The notes below the pieces were generated by a model that was not told the DNA's origin, did no database searches, and saw only the letters and a program-made list of their open reading frames with translations. Source: an uncultured Pseudomonadota bacterium (GTDB lineage Bacteria; Oederibacteriota; Muellerivitia; Muellerivitales; Muellerivitaceae). Taken from it: 64,000 bases of DNA. A program made the translations under genes and the position numbers. The stretch lies in contig CAVYRH010000026.1 of the NCBI GenBank assembly GCA_963770835.1, forward strand, positions 608,001-672,000, read 5' to 3'. This document shows positions 49,081-58,925 of the stretch, piece by piece. Each line of letters begins with the position of its first letter. Position 1 is the first letter of the stretch.

Positions 49081-50124
49081 ATGCGCCTAAGAACTTTTTT
49101 CTTCCTTTGTCTCATTCTTCCGTTTTTAGCAGGGTGGGGCCATTGGGGGCCCGAAGTTAAGGTCGGTTTTTCCCTGGATAACGCGAAGGGCCGGGAAGCC
49201 TTGATTAAGGACATGAATGACGAAATGGCAGACAATCGAGGCGACCTCCTCCTCCGGGACGCGAAAGGGGACTCTGCCACGCAGGAGGCCCAAGTAAAGG
49301 ACTTGATCGCCCAAGGCATCCAAGCCCTCGTAGTGATTCCCGCCGATCCCGCCAAGGCCGCGCAACTCTTGTATGTTGCTCATCAGGCTGGCATCAAAGT
49401 GATCTCGCTGGAGCGCCCGATACCCGGCTGCGGATTGGACTATTTCATCGCTTTTAACCAAGAGAAGGCTGGTGAATTGCAGGCGGCCGCTTTAGTAAAG
49501 AAGGTGTCCCAAGGCAGGTACATTCTTTTAGGAGATACTATGGATTGGGCAGGGAGCCTTCGGGATGGGCAAAGAAAAGTTTTGAATCCCTTGATAGGAC
49601 GGGGAGATATTCTAATTGGGTACACGGAAAACCAACATCCTGAGAAGTCTTCAACCCCCGAAGAAATTGCAAAAGCATTGGAACCCCTTTTTGCCGGTTC
49701 CTATAACAATATAAAAACTAATCCACCAGGCCCGAATATAAATGAAAAAATGAAAGCGGTACTGACATCGGACAACGTCTGGTCCGAAGGAGTCGTCCGT
49801 GCCCTACAAAAAAATGGGTTATCCGGCAAGGTGCCATTGGCCGGTGATGGGGAAGACCTGGAAACCTGCCGAAGGATCGCTTCTGGGACACAAACCTTAA
49901 CGATTTATCATTCGCCTAAAAAGCTGGCCGCCGAAACCGCCTACCTGGCCGCCAAACTGGCCCGAAAGGCCACCGAGTTCGACTGCCAGTTCACGGATGT
50001 GGATAACGGAGGGGTGACAACCAAGGCCGTTCTTTTGACTCCCATGGTGGTGGATGCCAAGAACCTGGATTCGACTATCATTAGTGATGGGGTACAAAAG
50101 AGGGAAGAAGTTTACGGGAAATGA
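49081..50124 (+). CDS. Sugar ABC substrate-binding protein, XylF-like
   Basis: QVKDLIAQGIQALVVIP, RIASGTQTLTIY, IISDG..EEVY. Confidence 0.8.
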   Translation: MRLRTFFFLCLILPFLAGWGHWGPEVKVGFSLDNAKGREALIKDMNDEMADNRGDLLLRDAKGDSATQEAQVKDLIAQGIQALVVIPADPAKAAQLLYVAHQAGIKVISLERPIPGCGLDYFIAFNQEKAGELQAAALVKKVSQGRYILLGDTMDWAGSLRDGQRKVLNPLIGRGDILIGYTENQHPEKSSTPEEIAKALEPLFAGSYNNIKTNPPGPNINEKMKAVLTSDNVWSEGVVRALQKNGLSGKVPLAGDGEDLETCRRIASGTQTLTIYHSPKKLAAETAYLAAKLARKATEFDCQFTDVDNGGVTTKAVLLTPMVVDAKNLDSTIISDGVQKREEVYGK

Positions 50125-50128
50125 GGGG

Positions 50129-50824
50129 TTACTTCCGCCAGCGGGAAAACCAGTAGCTGCCGATCCAAATGGGCGCGAAGATGAAGGCCACCATGGGAAG
50201 CAGGTGGTCCACCAGCATGTGGCAAGTTTCCCAATGGGCACAATGGAGCTGGATGGTCCCCGCTCCCAAGAGAAAGGCCGAAGCCCCCAGCCAGGCCCCG
50301 GTCCACCCGGGGTAGAAGGAAGCGTTGCGGGAAGCCAGCCAGCCCAGCATGATCCAGGAAGGAACGGCCACCCAAACCACGGTTCTCGCGCAAAACCACC
50401 CGTCGGCCATGTTTTGGGCCAAAACCTGCGAAAGGCTGTCCCGGTCGAAGAATAAAAAGGGCATGCAGAAGAGGAAAAGAACCAGGCTCGCGGACAGCAG
50501 GGGGGGAATGGCGCGGGGAGTGTAATCCGGTTTGCTGGAGGCAATACCCATCCAGGCGCAAAAGGCGGAAAGTGAAAAGGCCAGGAGCAGGAATCCCCCG
50601 GAGATGGGGTCGGTGAGTTTTTCCACGAGCTCAAACTGGGGTCCGATGACGGAAAGTGTTGCCGCCACCACCACCAGCGCAAAGCCCAGCCAGACCAGCC
50701 ATTGTTGGGGGATTGAAAGAGTCGCTTTCAGGGGACGGGTTTCCGCCACGAGTTTTTCCACCAGGCGCCGGTGGTTTTCGGGCAGGTTGTTCAGTATTGT
50801 TTTGGGTTGAATTGGATCCGTCAT
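50129..50824 (-). CDS. NrsF/DUF1109-like membrane anti-sigma factor
   Basis: Multi-TM, C..LHC..H motif, coupled to the ECF gene. Confidence 0.8.
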   Translation of the reverse strand: MTDPIQPKTILNNLPENHRRLVEKLVAETRPLKATLSIPQQWLVWLGFALVVVAATLSVIGPQFELVEKLTDPISGGFLLLAFSLSAFCAWMGIASSKPDYTPRAIPPLLSASLVLFLFCMPFLFFDRDSLSQVLAQNMADGWFCARTVVWVAVPSWIMLGWLASRNASFYPGWTGAWLGASAFLLGAGTIQLHCAHWETCHMLVDHLLPMVAFIFAPIWIGSYWFSRWRK

Positions 50825-51384
50825 TTGCTTTCTTCCTTTTTTTGCACCGTCAGGGACTTTCGCAAAAGGGCGTATCCCCGATGGGCCCTCACCCGGAGGG
50901 CAATTTTGGAAATCCCCAATTCTTTTGCCGCCGCATCCACCCTCATTCCCCTGAACTTCAGCATTTCCACCGCCTGCCGGTAGATGGCAGGCAGGGATTC
51001 GAGCGCCAGGCGGAGGCGGTCGTCCATCGTATCCTCGGCGGTTTCCGTGGCGGGGACGGCCGAAAAATCCTCCGTTGGAACTTCGCGCTCCGCGAATTTC
51101 CTGTTCTTCACCAAGGCGGTCCAAGTAGCGTTGCGGATAACCGCAAAGAACCAAGGCGCAAAGGGAAGATCGGTCCTGTAAGTGTGAAGCGCCTTGTGGA
51201 AACTCAAGAGCACTTCCTGGAAGACATCCTCCACGTATTGGCTGTTAAAAACCCTTTTCTTGACGTATCCCTGAACCAAGGGGCTAATTTCCACCAGAAG
51301 GCGCTCATAAGCATTCCGATCGCCTTCACGGGTTTGCCGGATCAACTGGTTCCAGGATCGCCATTGGTCGTCATTGAAGTCCAA
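50821..51384 (-). CDS. ECF RNA polymerase sigma factor
   Basis: EDVFQEVLL..HTY..PFAPWFFAV; region 4 ALRVRAHRG. Confidence 0.92.
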   Translation of the reverse strand: MDFNDDQWRSWNQLIRQTREGDRNAYERLLVEISPLVQGYVKKRVFNSQYVEDVFQEVLLSFHKALHTYRTDLPFAPWFFAVIRNATWTALVKNRKFAEREVPTEDFSAVPATETAEDTMDDRLRLALESLPAIYRQAVEMLKFRGMRVDAAAKELGISKIALRVRAHRGYALLRKSLTVQKKEESK

Positions 51385-51902
51385 GGGCTAAAGCTCCTTG
51401 ATATATGAAAATAGTGATATTCCAACGGTAAAGTTACCAATAAGTATAATGAAATAGTGAGAATGAAAAGCCGGTAAAAACAGCAATTCACCTCGATTTT
51501 AGGCGGTTCTCCTCGTTAACGGCTTAAAAGCGACCTCATTTGGGATGGGACAAGGCTAAATGCCCTCCTTCATCCCTTAAAACTTAACGGAAGGTCGAAA
51601 TCCGACACCGCTTTTTGCCTGCGAAGATTTGCCAGGGATGAAGGTCCAAAATTGAATCAATCCTCAAAGAGGTTTGGCCTCATTTTTGGGATAGGTTCAC
51701 TTTGCATTGGAGGTTTTGTAGGCAAGAATTGGAACCTGGAAAAAATTTTACATGGGTGAAAAATTAGGAAAATGTCTGAACCCCATTGGGGATTCTTCAG
51801 ATTGATTATCTCAACACGATTAAAATTCACTGTAAAACCTTAGAGATTACTACCATCCCTTGAGGCGACAAATATGAACCCGCCTTCCCTTGGGGGCTGG
51901 AC

Positions 51903-51931
51903 TTGAAAGAAAGGGGAATCGGGGCAATAAT
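51903..51931 (+). promoter_or_regulatory. Sigma70-like promoter
   Basis: TTGAAA-17-AATAAT upstream of 51967. Confidence 0.5.
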
Positions 51932-51966
51932 ACCCGCAACTTTAGCCGGATATTTACTGAGGAATT

Positions 51967-52497
51967 ATGAAAAATATAACAATCACCATTTCACCCTATC
52001 CCCAGCATAAAGATATCACCCTGCTCTCCGTCAAGGGTTTCATCGATACCAATACGGCCCCCGAATTCGATAAATCCTTCCAAGAGGTTCTGGGGGACAA
52101 CAAATTCAAGCTGATTGTGGACCTGAAAGACGTCAACTATATCAGTAGCGCGGGTTGGGGCCTCTTCGTAGGGGAGATCAAGCGGATCCGAAACCAAAAA
52201 GGGGACCTCTTCCTCGTCGCCATGAGTCCGGAGGTGGAGGAAGCCTACGAACTCTTGCAGTTCAGTACCATCTTAAAGGCCTTCCCCAACGTGGAGCAGG
52301 CCGTTCAAAAAGGGTTCGGGAAGTCCATGGGTGCCAAAGGTTCGCCGGCTTCCCCGGTGCAAAGTGCTTTCGAACCGCAGCAGGCAGGAAAGAATCCGAT
52401 GGCGATGACGAAAAGTGTTGAGGAGTCCCAGCCGGCCAAAGACCTTTCTAAACCAAAATGGTTTGAAAGGCTTCTCAATCCTTTGAAATGGTTTTAA
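51967..52497 (+). CDS. STAS-domain anti-sigma factor antagonist
   Basis: GFIDTNTAPEF, LIVDLKDVNYISSAGWG. Confidence 0.92.
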   Translation: MKNITITISPYPQHKDITLLSVKGFIDTNTAPEFDKSFQEVLGDNKFKLIVDLKDVNYISSAGWGLFVGEIKRIRNQKGDLFLVAMSPEVEEAYELLQFSTILKAFPNVEQAVQKGFGKSMGAKGSPASPVQSAFEPQQAGKNPMAMTKSVEESQPAKDLSKPKWFERLLNPLKWF

Positions 52498-52711
52498 CCC
52501 TGCGTTTTGTCTCTTTCGGCTTTACCAGGATGATGAAAAAGTCTAAAAGGCAGACTTTTTCCTTTCTTCGTCGCGAATCACCCCTTGAAAAACAAGGAAT
52601 TAGATTCGATCCGCTCCAAGCCGTGGCTGTAGACAGGGTGTAAAAGCATTTTTACAGCACCCTGTTTTAAAAAACTCTCCCTTAAACCTAGTTTTTTTAA
52701 AGAAGGATTTT

Positions 52712-53725
52712 ATGGGTTTTATCGATCAACTTTCATCGCTTATCGGGAAAGATTCGGATTATGCCGCCGAGTACAAACGATATAAAAAGGGCATGGAACG
52801 CAATCCCGGCGATTACGGGCTCAAGGCCCAGTTCATTAAATTCTGCCTACTGAACCGTTTTACGAAACAGCAGATGTCCCAGGACCACATGGCGGAAGCC
52901 CTGAAGTTGTTTGAGGACATCGCCGAGACCGAGACTTTCGACCTTCAATGCCATTATTTGGTGGGCAAGTATTACCAGGAGGAAAGGGATACCAAGAGGG
53001 CCTATCGGGTTTACCTTCATGCGATCAAACGTTTCAACCAGCTTGTCATGAAAAGTCCCGACCTCAAATCTGAAAACGCCGAATTGGCCTATTCGGTGGC
53101 CTTGAACCTCATGACCCTTCAGACTAACCCGATCGCCCCGGAAGTAGAAACCTGCTTCAAGATTATCCGCAAGTCCTTTCCCCTCCACCTCAAACGCATC
53201 GAGTTCGAGAATGAAATGGCGAAGCCGGCCCCCGACAAGGCCCGCGTCAAGCAGTTGTCCGAGGAAATTCGAAAACTCCGGGCGGAGGAAGAAAAAGAAA
53301 TACCGGCTTCCTCCCCGGCCAAAAAGACGACCCAGGAGGCTCCGGTTGAAAAAAGTGCGGCTCCTCCCGAGCCCAAACCCAAGGAAGGCAAAGGCATTTT
53401 TTCCAAGTTGTTCAGTGAACTTTCCCCCGATTCCTTGGGGTTATCCGAATCGGGAGAACCGGGCTCTCCCAAGGCCCAAGCAAAACCCGAAGGGGGGGAC
53501 CGGGTGGATTCTTTTAAATTGCACCTTCCCACGGAGGCGGCCAACAACGGCTCCGCCTTCCTAGTTTTTCACGACGATAAATGGGAAGGCCCTTTCACCA
53601 TTTCCCAACTTCGGACCATGGGATTTTTAAGGCACGCTACCTGGGTCTGTCGGGATGGAAGCCAGCAGGTCCTGCAGGCCTATGAAGTGCCCGATCTCCA
53701 GCCGCTTTTCCAATTCCAGAGGTAA
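52712..53725 (+). CDS. Helical protein with C-terminal GYF_2/DUF4339-like domain
   Basis: WEGPFTISQL..TWVCRDG..AYEVPDLQPLF. Confidence 0.7.
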   Translation: MGFIDQLSSLIGKDSDYAAEYKRYKKGMERNPGDYGLKAQFIKFCLLNRFTKQQMSQDHMAEALKLFEDIAETETFDLQCHYLVGKYYQEERDTKRAYRVYLHAIKRFNQLVMKSPDLKSENAELAYSVALNLMTLQTNPIAPEVETCFKIIRKSFPLHLKRIEFENEMAKPAPDKARVKQLSEEIRKLRAEEEKEIPASSPAKKTTQEAPVEKSAAPPEPKPKEGKGIFSKLFSELSPDSLGLSESGEPGSPKAQAKPEGGDRVDSFKLHLPTEAANNGSAFLVFHDDKWEGPFTISQLRTMGFLRHATWVCRDGSQQVLQAYEVPDLQPLFQFQR

Positions 53726-53939
53726 GTTCGTAACGGCTCTGGAAAGCCTTTTCACCTTCGCAAGGCCGATTTTCTTGCCGCGCCCGGTAAAAGGACGCGG
53801 GGGGACCAGCCCGAGAAGCCGAAATATTCGATAACCGCTTAATTCCTTCCAACCAGGCCCTTATTCGTCGCTCTTTATGAGCCGTCTCATAATGGCAGGG
53901 ACGGTGTCTGATTACAGTTGGGGTTTTTATGGAGGCTTT

Positions 53940-54995
53940 GTGGCCCAGACCCCAACCTTTGACTTTCCCATGGCTGAAGCCAAACGGGTCATCCGAGACC
54001 TATTCGAGCCGAACCCGTTCATTTATTGGTCGGATTTTTTATTTAACGACATCCTGGGATGGGCCGCTTTTATCATGGCGGTCCGGGCCCCGAATTTCTC
54101 TCTTACTCAGTGCCTCGCCTTCATCGTTTCCGGCTTCGCCCTCTACCGGGCGGTTCTTTTCGTGCACGAGTTGTCCCATTTGAAAAAGGGGACCTTCACG
54201 GTTTTTCAGTGGGTCTGGAACCTTCTTTGCGGCTTTCCCTTGACCTTGCCCTCTTTCATCTACGTGGGGGTGCATATCGAACATCATAAGCAGAGCATTT
54301 ACGGGACCAAGGATGACCCCGAGTATTTTCCCTTTGCCCTGGCGAAAACCTACCGAATCCCATTGTTCCCGCTGACCATGCTGGTGGCGCCATCCCTCTT
54401 TCTTCTGCGGTACCTGGTTCTCGCCCCCCTTTCCTATATCTTCTGGCCGATGCGCAAACCCCTTTGGGTGCTGGGTTCCTCCCTGGCGGTGGGCGGCAGT
54501 TATCGGCGGCCCCTTCCCGAGCCCCGCGAAAAATGGATTGCAGGGATCCAGGAATTCCTGACTTTCGCTTACCTGGCCATCGCCTTCATCCTCATGGCCA
54601 AGGGAATCCTTCCCTGGAAGGTGCTGGCGCTTTGGTATTTGTTGGCGGCCTTTATCCTGATGACCAACGCCCTAAGGAGCCTCGTGGCCCATTGCGACCG
54701 GAATCCGCCCGACCATGTGATGAGCCTGGGGGAGCAGTTTTTGGATTCCACCGACATCCCGGGGAATCCGATCCTGACGCCTCTATGGGCGCCGGTGGGA
54801 TTGAGGTTCCACGCCACCCACCATTTGTTCATCGGATTGCCTTATCACCATTTGGGGAAGGCCTATCGAAGGTTGATGAAGGCGCTTCCCCCGGAGAGTC
54901 CCTACCGCCTGGCTTACCGGGACGGCATGTGGAGCACTTTAAAGGAACTTTGGAATGAAGCCTCCCGCAACCAGGGGGCCGGGCTCCCGAAGTAA
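53940..54995 (+). CDS. Fatty acid desaturase family protein
   Basis: His boxes HELSH, HIEHH, HATHH; GTG start after GGAGG. Confidence 0.9.
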   Translation: MAQTPTFDFPMAEAKRVIRDLFEPNPFIYWSDFLFNDILGWAAFIMAVRAPNFSLTQCLAFIVSGFALYRAVLFVHELSHLKKGTFTVFQWVWNLLCGFPLTLPSFIYVGVHIEHHKQSIYGTKDDPEYFPFALAKTYRIPLFPLTMLVAPSLFLLRYLVLAPLSYIFWPMRKPLWVLGSSLAVGGSYRRPLPEPREKWIAGIQEFLTFAYLAIAFILMAKGILPWKVLALWYLLAAFILMTNALRSLVAHCDRNPPDHVMSLGEQFLDSTDIPGNPILTPLWAPVGLRFHATHHLFIGLPYHHLGKAYRRLMKALPPESPYRLAYRDGMWSTLKELWNEASRNQGAGLPK

Positions 54996-54997
54996 CC

Positions 54998-55912
54998 TTA
55001 ACGCTTGAAAAGCCGGCTCGCTTCGTCCAACTCCGCCACCTCGGCGGGGTTCAGGCGCCATTCCATGGCGCCCGCGTTTTCCCGGGCTTGGGCCGCGTTT
55101 TTCGCTCCGGGAATCGGGAGCGCCCCCTTGCACAAGATCCAGTTCAAAGCCGCTTGATTCACCGTTTTGCCGCCGTGGGCCGCGCCCAGTTCCCTTAATT
55201 TTTCGACCAGCGCCTGGATGCGTCCCAATTGCCCGAAGTAAAACAGGCGCCGTGGGCCGGAGGGCGGATGTTGGGGGGAATACTTGCCCGAAAGCATGCC
55301 CATTCCCAGGGGACTGTAGGCGATAAATCGCACGTTGGTCTTTTGACATTCCTCCAGCAAGCCATTGAGTTCGTTCCCGCGCCGCACCAGGCTGTATTGC
55401 ATCTGGTTGGAGGAAAGGGAAACGCCATGGGCGCCCAAGGCCTCCTGGGCCCTTAGCATCTGGCTCCGGTTGAAGTTGGAAACGCCCACTTCCTTCGCCA
55501 AGCCTTCCTTGACGGCCTGGGCTATGGGTTCCATCCAAGCCTTGATGGACCGCGGGGGACTGGGCCAATGCATCTGGTAAAGGTCCACCGAAGCCAAGCC
55601 CAGACGGCCTAAGCTCGCCTTGAGGGCCCTCAACAATTCGGAAGTCCGGAAACGGTAAGGAAGGGGCGCGAACTTGGTGGCCACATAGATTTTCTCCCCC
55701 GGTTTTTCCTTCAGGAACTGGCCGACGAAACTTTCGGATTCGCCCTCGCCGTAAACCTCAGCCGTGTCGATCAAACGGATACCGGCCTCCATCGAGGCTT
55801 GGAATGTTTGCCGAAGGTCCTGCTCGCTGTAGCCTTTGCCGAAACCCCATACCACGCCCTTGCCCCAGGCCCAGGTGCCCAGGCCCATTTCCAATTGGCT
55901 TAAGAAGCTCAT
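54998..55912 (-). CDS. Aldo/keto reductase
   Basis: GLGTWAWG, IDTAEVYG, DLYQMHWP, VGVSNF, AYSPLG, PIPGAK. Confidence 0.95.
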   Translation of the reverse strand: MSFLSQLEMGLGTWAWGKGVVWGFGKGYSEQDLRQTFQASMEAGIRLIDTAEVYGEGESESFVGQFLKEKPGEKIYVATKFAPLPYRFRTSELLRALKASLGRLGLASVDLYQMHWPSPPRSIKAWMEPIAQAVKEGLAKEVGVSNFNRSQMLRAQEALGAHGVSLSSNQMQYSLVRRGNELNGLLEECQKTNVRFIAYSPLGMGMLSGKYSPQHPPSGPRRLFYFGQLGRIQALVEKLRELGAAHGGKTVNQAALNWILCKGALPIPGAKNAAQARENAGAMEWRLNPAEVAELDEASRLFKR

Positions 55913-56077
55913 GTTTTCTCCTGTAAAAATGGGATGGGTCGACATTTAAAAACTAAAGAAAAACCCTGGCTTGGCCGAAAGCAGACTAACATTTTAACTT
56001 TTGAATTTTTGTGAGCAAGGTCATAAAGGTCCGGCCCTTTCGGTTGGGACTCCGATACACCATGATAAGATGGAACC

Positions 56078-57043
56078 ATGAAGCAAAATCAATCCGACCG
56101 AAAAAAATTTATCTTGGGCCTGGATATCGGCGGAAGCAAATGCGCCGTGGTGCTGGGTGACGAAAAGATGAGGATTTTTGACCGTCTCGCCTTTCCCACC
56201 CGAACCCAGCGGGGTTTGAAGCGGACGTTGGATAAACTCTTCCGCGCCGTCTCTGGAATTCTACGACGCAACCGTCTCGCGCCCCGTTCCATCCGAAAAG
56301 CGGGTGTGAGCTGCGGCGGGCCCTTGGACAGCGAAAGGGGCCTCATCCTTTCGCCCCCCAACCTGCCGGGCTGGAGACGGGTACCTATCGTTGGAATGCT
56401 CCGCCGGAAGCTCGGATGCCCGGTTCACCTTGAGAACGACGCCAATGCCTGCGCCCTGGCCGAATGGAAATTCGGGGCGGGCCGGGGCTGCCGCAATATG
56501 GTTTTTCTCACCTTTGGCACCGGGTTGGGCGCGGGCCTCATCCTGAATGGGCGGCTTTACCGGGGAACCAACGATATGGCCGGCGAGGCGGGCCATATCC
56601 GCCTGGCGAAGGAGGGACCGGTAGGGTACGGTAAAAAAGGATCCTTCGAGGGTTTCTGCAGCGGGGGCGGCATCGCGCGGCTAGCCCAAAGGGAAGCCGG
56701 CCGTGGCGCATTCAAAGTCCTTGCCGGTATCACCGCCAAGGAAGTCTTTGAAGCCGCCCGGCGAGGGGATAAAACCGCACGCCGCATTGTCCAAACCAGC
56801 GGTGAATACCTGGGGATGGGTTTGTCTATTTTGATCGACCTCTTGAACCCCGAAAGGATTATTATCGGCGGCATCTATTCAAGGAACGAGGACCTTCTCT
56901 TCCCATCGCTCCAAAGGACCATTCGCAAGGAAGCCCTGTCCCGCTCCCGGTCCGTTTGCCGCATTGTGCCCTCGGGACTTGGCGAGAAAATCGGCGATGT
57001 CGCGAGCCTTTCGGTGGCGGTCATGGATGAATTGGAAAAATAA
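56078..57043 (+). CDS. ROK family sugar kinase
   Basis: LGLDIGGSK, ENDANACALAE, GTGLGAG, GEAGH. Confidence 0.95.
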   Translation: MKQNQSDRKKFILGLDIGGSKCAVVLGDEKMRIFDRLAFPTRTQRGLKRTLDKLFRAVSGILRRNRLAPRSIRKAGVSCGGPLDSERGLILSPPNLPGWRRVPIVGMLRRKLGCPVHLENDANACALAEWKFGAGRGCRNMVFLTFGTGLGAGLILNGRLYRGTNDMAGEAGHIRLAKEGPVGYGKKGSFEGFCSGGGIARLAQREAGRGAFKVLAGITAKEVFEAARRGDKTARRIVQTSGEYLGMGLSILIDLLNPERIIIGGIYSRNEDLLFPSLQRTIRKEALSRSRSVCRIVPSGLGEKIGDVASLSVAVMDELEK

Positions 57044-57071
57044 AAAATATAGTCCAGTTAAGGTTTTCTAA

Positions 57072-57743
57072 ATGGCGACTCAGGAAAGCTGGGAAAAAGC
57101 CGGAGGCTTCAAGGTCCGGCCCGTTTCGGATAGGCGGGATGCCTTAAGGATAGAAATAAGGCAGGTTTACCTTTTCTTGAAGATCCTCGCCGTCTTTATC
57201 GTTGTGATGGTTGTGGAATATATCCTCTGCGGCATTTACTTCCGGCTGGTGAGGCGAAACGACATTTTTTGGCTGGACGGGGCCTGCGCTTTGGCCGCGC
57301 TTGTCTTTTGTTACCGGCTTTCCCGGAAACTCATCAAGGACGCATTGAAGGAAAAGATACCCGTTTATATCGTGGCGGGGCTCTTTTTGTTGTTCGCCTT
57401 CTTCACGGGCTGTTTTTTCCGTTTCAGCTTCCAATTGGCGAACGGTTATTTGGATTTCTCCGACCCCGAAATCCACACGGTCATTGTGACGGATAAAAAG
57501 ATCTCCCTATTCGGGGGAAGCCTCCAGGAGGGGCCGAACCCCATGGCGCATTTGGTTTATTTTCACGATTGGGACAATGGGGATGAGAATTGCGAGCTGT
57601 TGTTGCCCCCCTCCGTTTATTATGTCGTTGACCGTGGAGTCCCCCTGGAGATCGCCGTAAGGCCGGGGTTTTTCCATGCACCCTGGGTGCAAGCCTTCCA
57701 GACGGTCCATTCACCGCTCTTGGATGGTCTCAACCAAAATTGA
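57072..57743 (+). CDS. Membrane hypothetical protein
   Basis: Three TM segments. Confidence 0.7.
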   Translation: MATQESWEKAGGFKVRPVSDRRDALRIEIRQVYLFLKILAVFIVVMVVEYILCGIYFRLVRRNDIFWLDGACALAALVFCYRLSRKLIKDALKEKIPVYIVAGLFLLFAFFTGCFFRFSFQLANGYLDFSDPEIHTVIVTDKKISLFGGSLQEGPNPMAHLVYFHDWDNGDENCELLLPPSVYYVVDRGVPLEIAVRPGFFHAPWVQAFQTVHSPLLDGLNQN

Positions 57744-57903
57744 ACCCTTATTTCTTTTTCTTCTTGGGGCGGGTTTGCGCGTGGGCTTTCCCCATTTCGA
57801 CCCATTTGGCCAAATCCTTCTTTGTTTTGAGCCCATCGGGGGCTACGTAAACGATGCCGGCCATGGGCCTCCCCGAGAAGTCGAAGGGTCTTACGCATAA
57901 AAA

Positions 57904-58916
57904 GGGTCAGGCCTCCATTTTCCACTTTACAGATCGTGGAAGGCTCTTAAAATGCTGGTATGCCAAGGCCCAAACGGATCCATTATGAAGGCGCTATTTA
58001 TCACGTCACCTCCCGTGGAAATGAGCGCCGGAAGATTGTGTTGGATGACGCCGACCGGGGCATTTTTATCCGTGTTTTGGCTGAAACGGTAGAACATCAC
58101 GACGTGACCTGCCATGCCTGGGTCTTGATGGACAATCATTACCACCTACTTTTGGAAACACCTGCCGCCAATCTTTCCCTAGCAATGAAACACTTCAACG
58201 GCATATACACCCAGAAATTCAACAAAAAGCACCATAGGGTGGGGCACTTGTTCCAAGGGAGATATAAGGCGATTGTGGTGGAAAAGGACAGCTATTTGAA
58301 GGAACTGTGCCGGTATGTGGTTTTAAACCCCGTCAGGGCTAGGATGGTCAAGAGCCCGGGTGAGTGGAAGTGGAGCAGTTACCGGGCAACGGCGGGGTTG
58401 GAGAGGCCGGAAAAGTGGCTGGAAACAGGCTGGTTATTGGGACAATTCGGGAGAAACTATAAACAGGCCCAAAAAGCCTACCGGGTTTTCGTGGCAGAGG
58501 GGATTGGAAGGAAGGAATCGCCTTGGGAGGGTTTGCGTTCCGGGCTGTACTTGGGCGAAAAAAAGTTCTTGGACAAGGTCCATGAGGTAGGACAAAAGCA
58601 CGAACATTTGGATGTGCCAAAATACCAGAAGCACGTGGTTAAACAGGATCCCGATAGGTTAATAGCCAAAGTGGCGAAGGCTTACGGGGAGAAGTCGGAA
58701 GAACTGTTGAGAGCTGGGAAAAGGGGATCGGAAGCACGGGACGTGGCGATCTATTTGCTGAAACGGGAATCGGGATTGAGCTTAAAGGAGATAGGCAGAA
58801 GGATGGGGGTGGGGCTGACGGCGGTGGGGAACCGTTGGGTGATGATGAAGGAACGGTTATTGAGGGACAAGGCCTTGGCCCAAAAAATTGATAAATGGAA
58901 AATGGACGCCTGACCC
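57904..58916 (+). mobile_element. RAYT element bounded by 21-bp inverted repeats
   Basis: GGGTCAGGCCTCCATTTTCCA / TGGAAAATGGACGCCTGACCC (20/21). Confidence 0.85.
57960..58913 (+). CDS. REP-associated tyrosine (Y1 HUH) transposase with C-terminal HTH
   Basis: YHVTSRGNER, LMDNHYHLL, GHLFQGRY, RYVVLNPVRA, WKWSSY; SLKEIGRRMG. Confidence 0.92.
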   Translation: MPRPKRIHYEGAIYHVTSRGNERRKIVLDDADRGIFIRVLAETVEHHDVTCHAWVLMDNHYHLLLETPAANLSLAMKHFNGIYTQKFNKKHHRVGHLFQGRYKAIVVEKDSYLKELCRYVVLNPVRARMVKSPGEWKWSSYRATAGLERPEKWLETGWLLGQFGRNYKQAQKAYRVFVAEGIGRKESPWEGLRSGLYLGEKKFLDKVHEVGQKHEHLDVPKYQKHVVKQDPDRLIAKVAKAYGEKSEELLRAGKRGSEARDVAIYLLKRESGLSLKEIGRRMGVGLTAVGNRWVMMKERLLRDKALAQKIDKWKMDA

Positions 58917-58925
58917 CTTTTCTTT

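Noticed and set aside
52625..52665. GGCTGTAGACAGG shared with ~35082, plus an imperfect hairpin
   Set aside because: Only 13 bp in two copies; cannot be distinguished from chance
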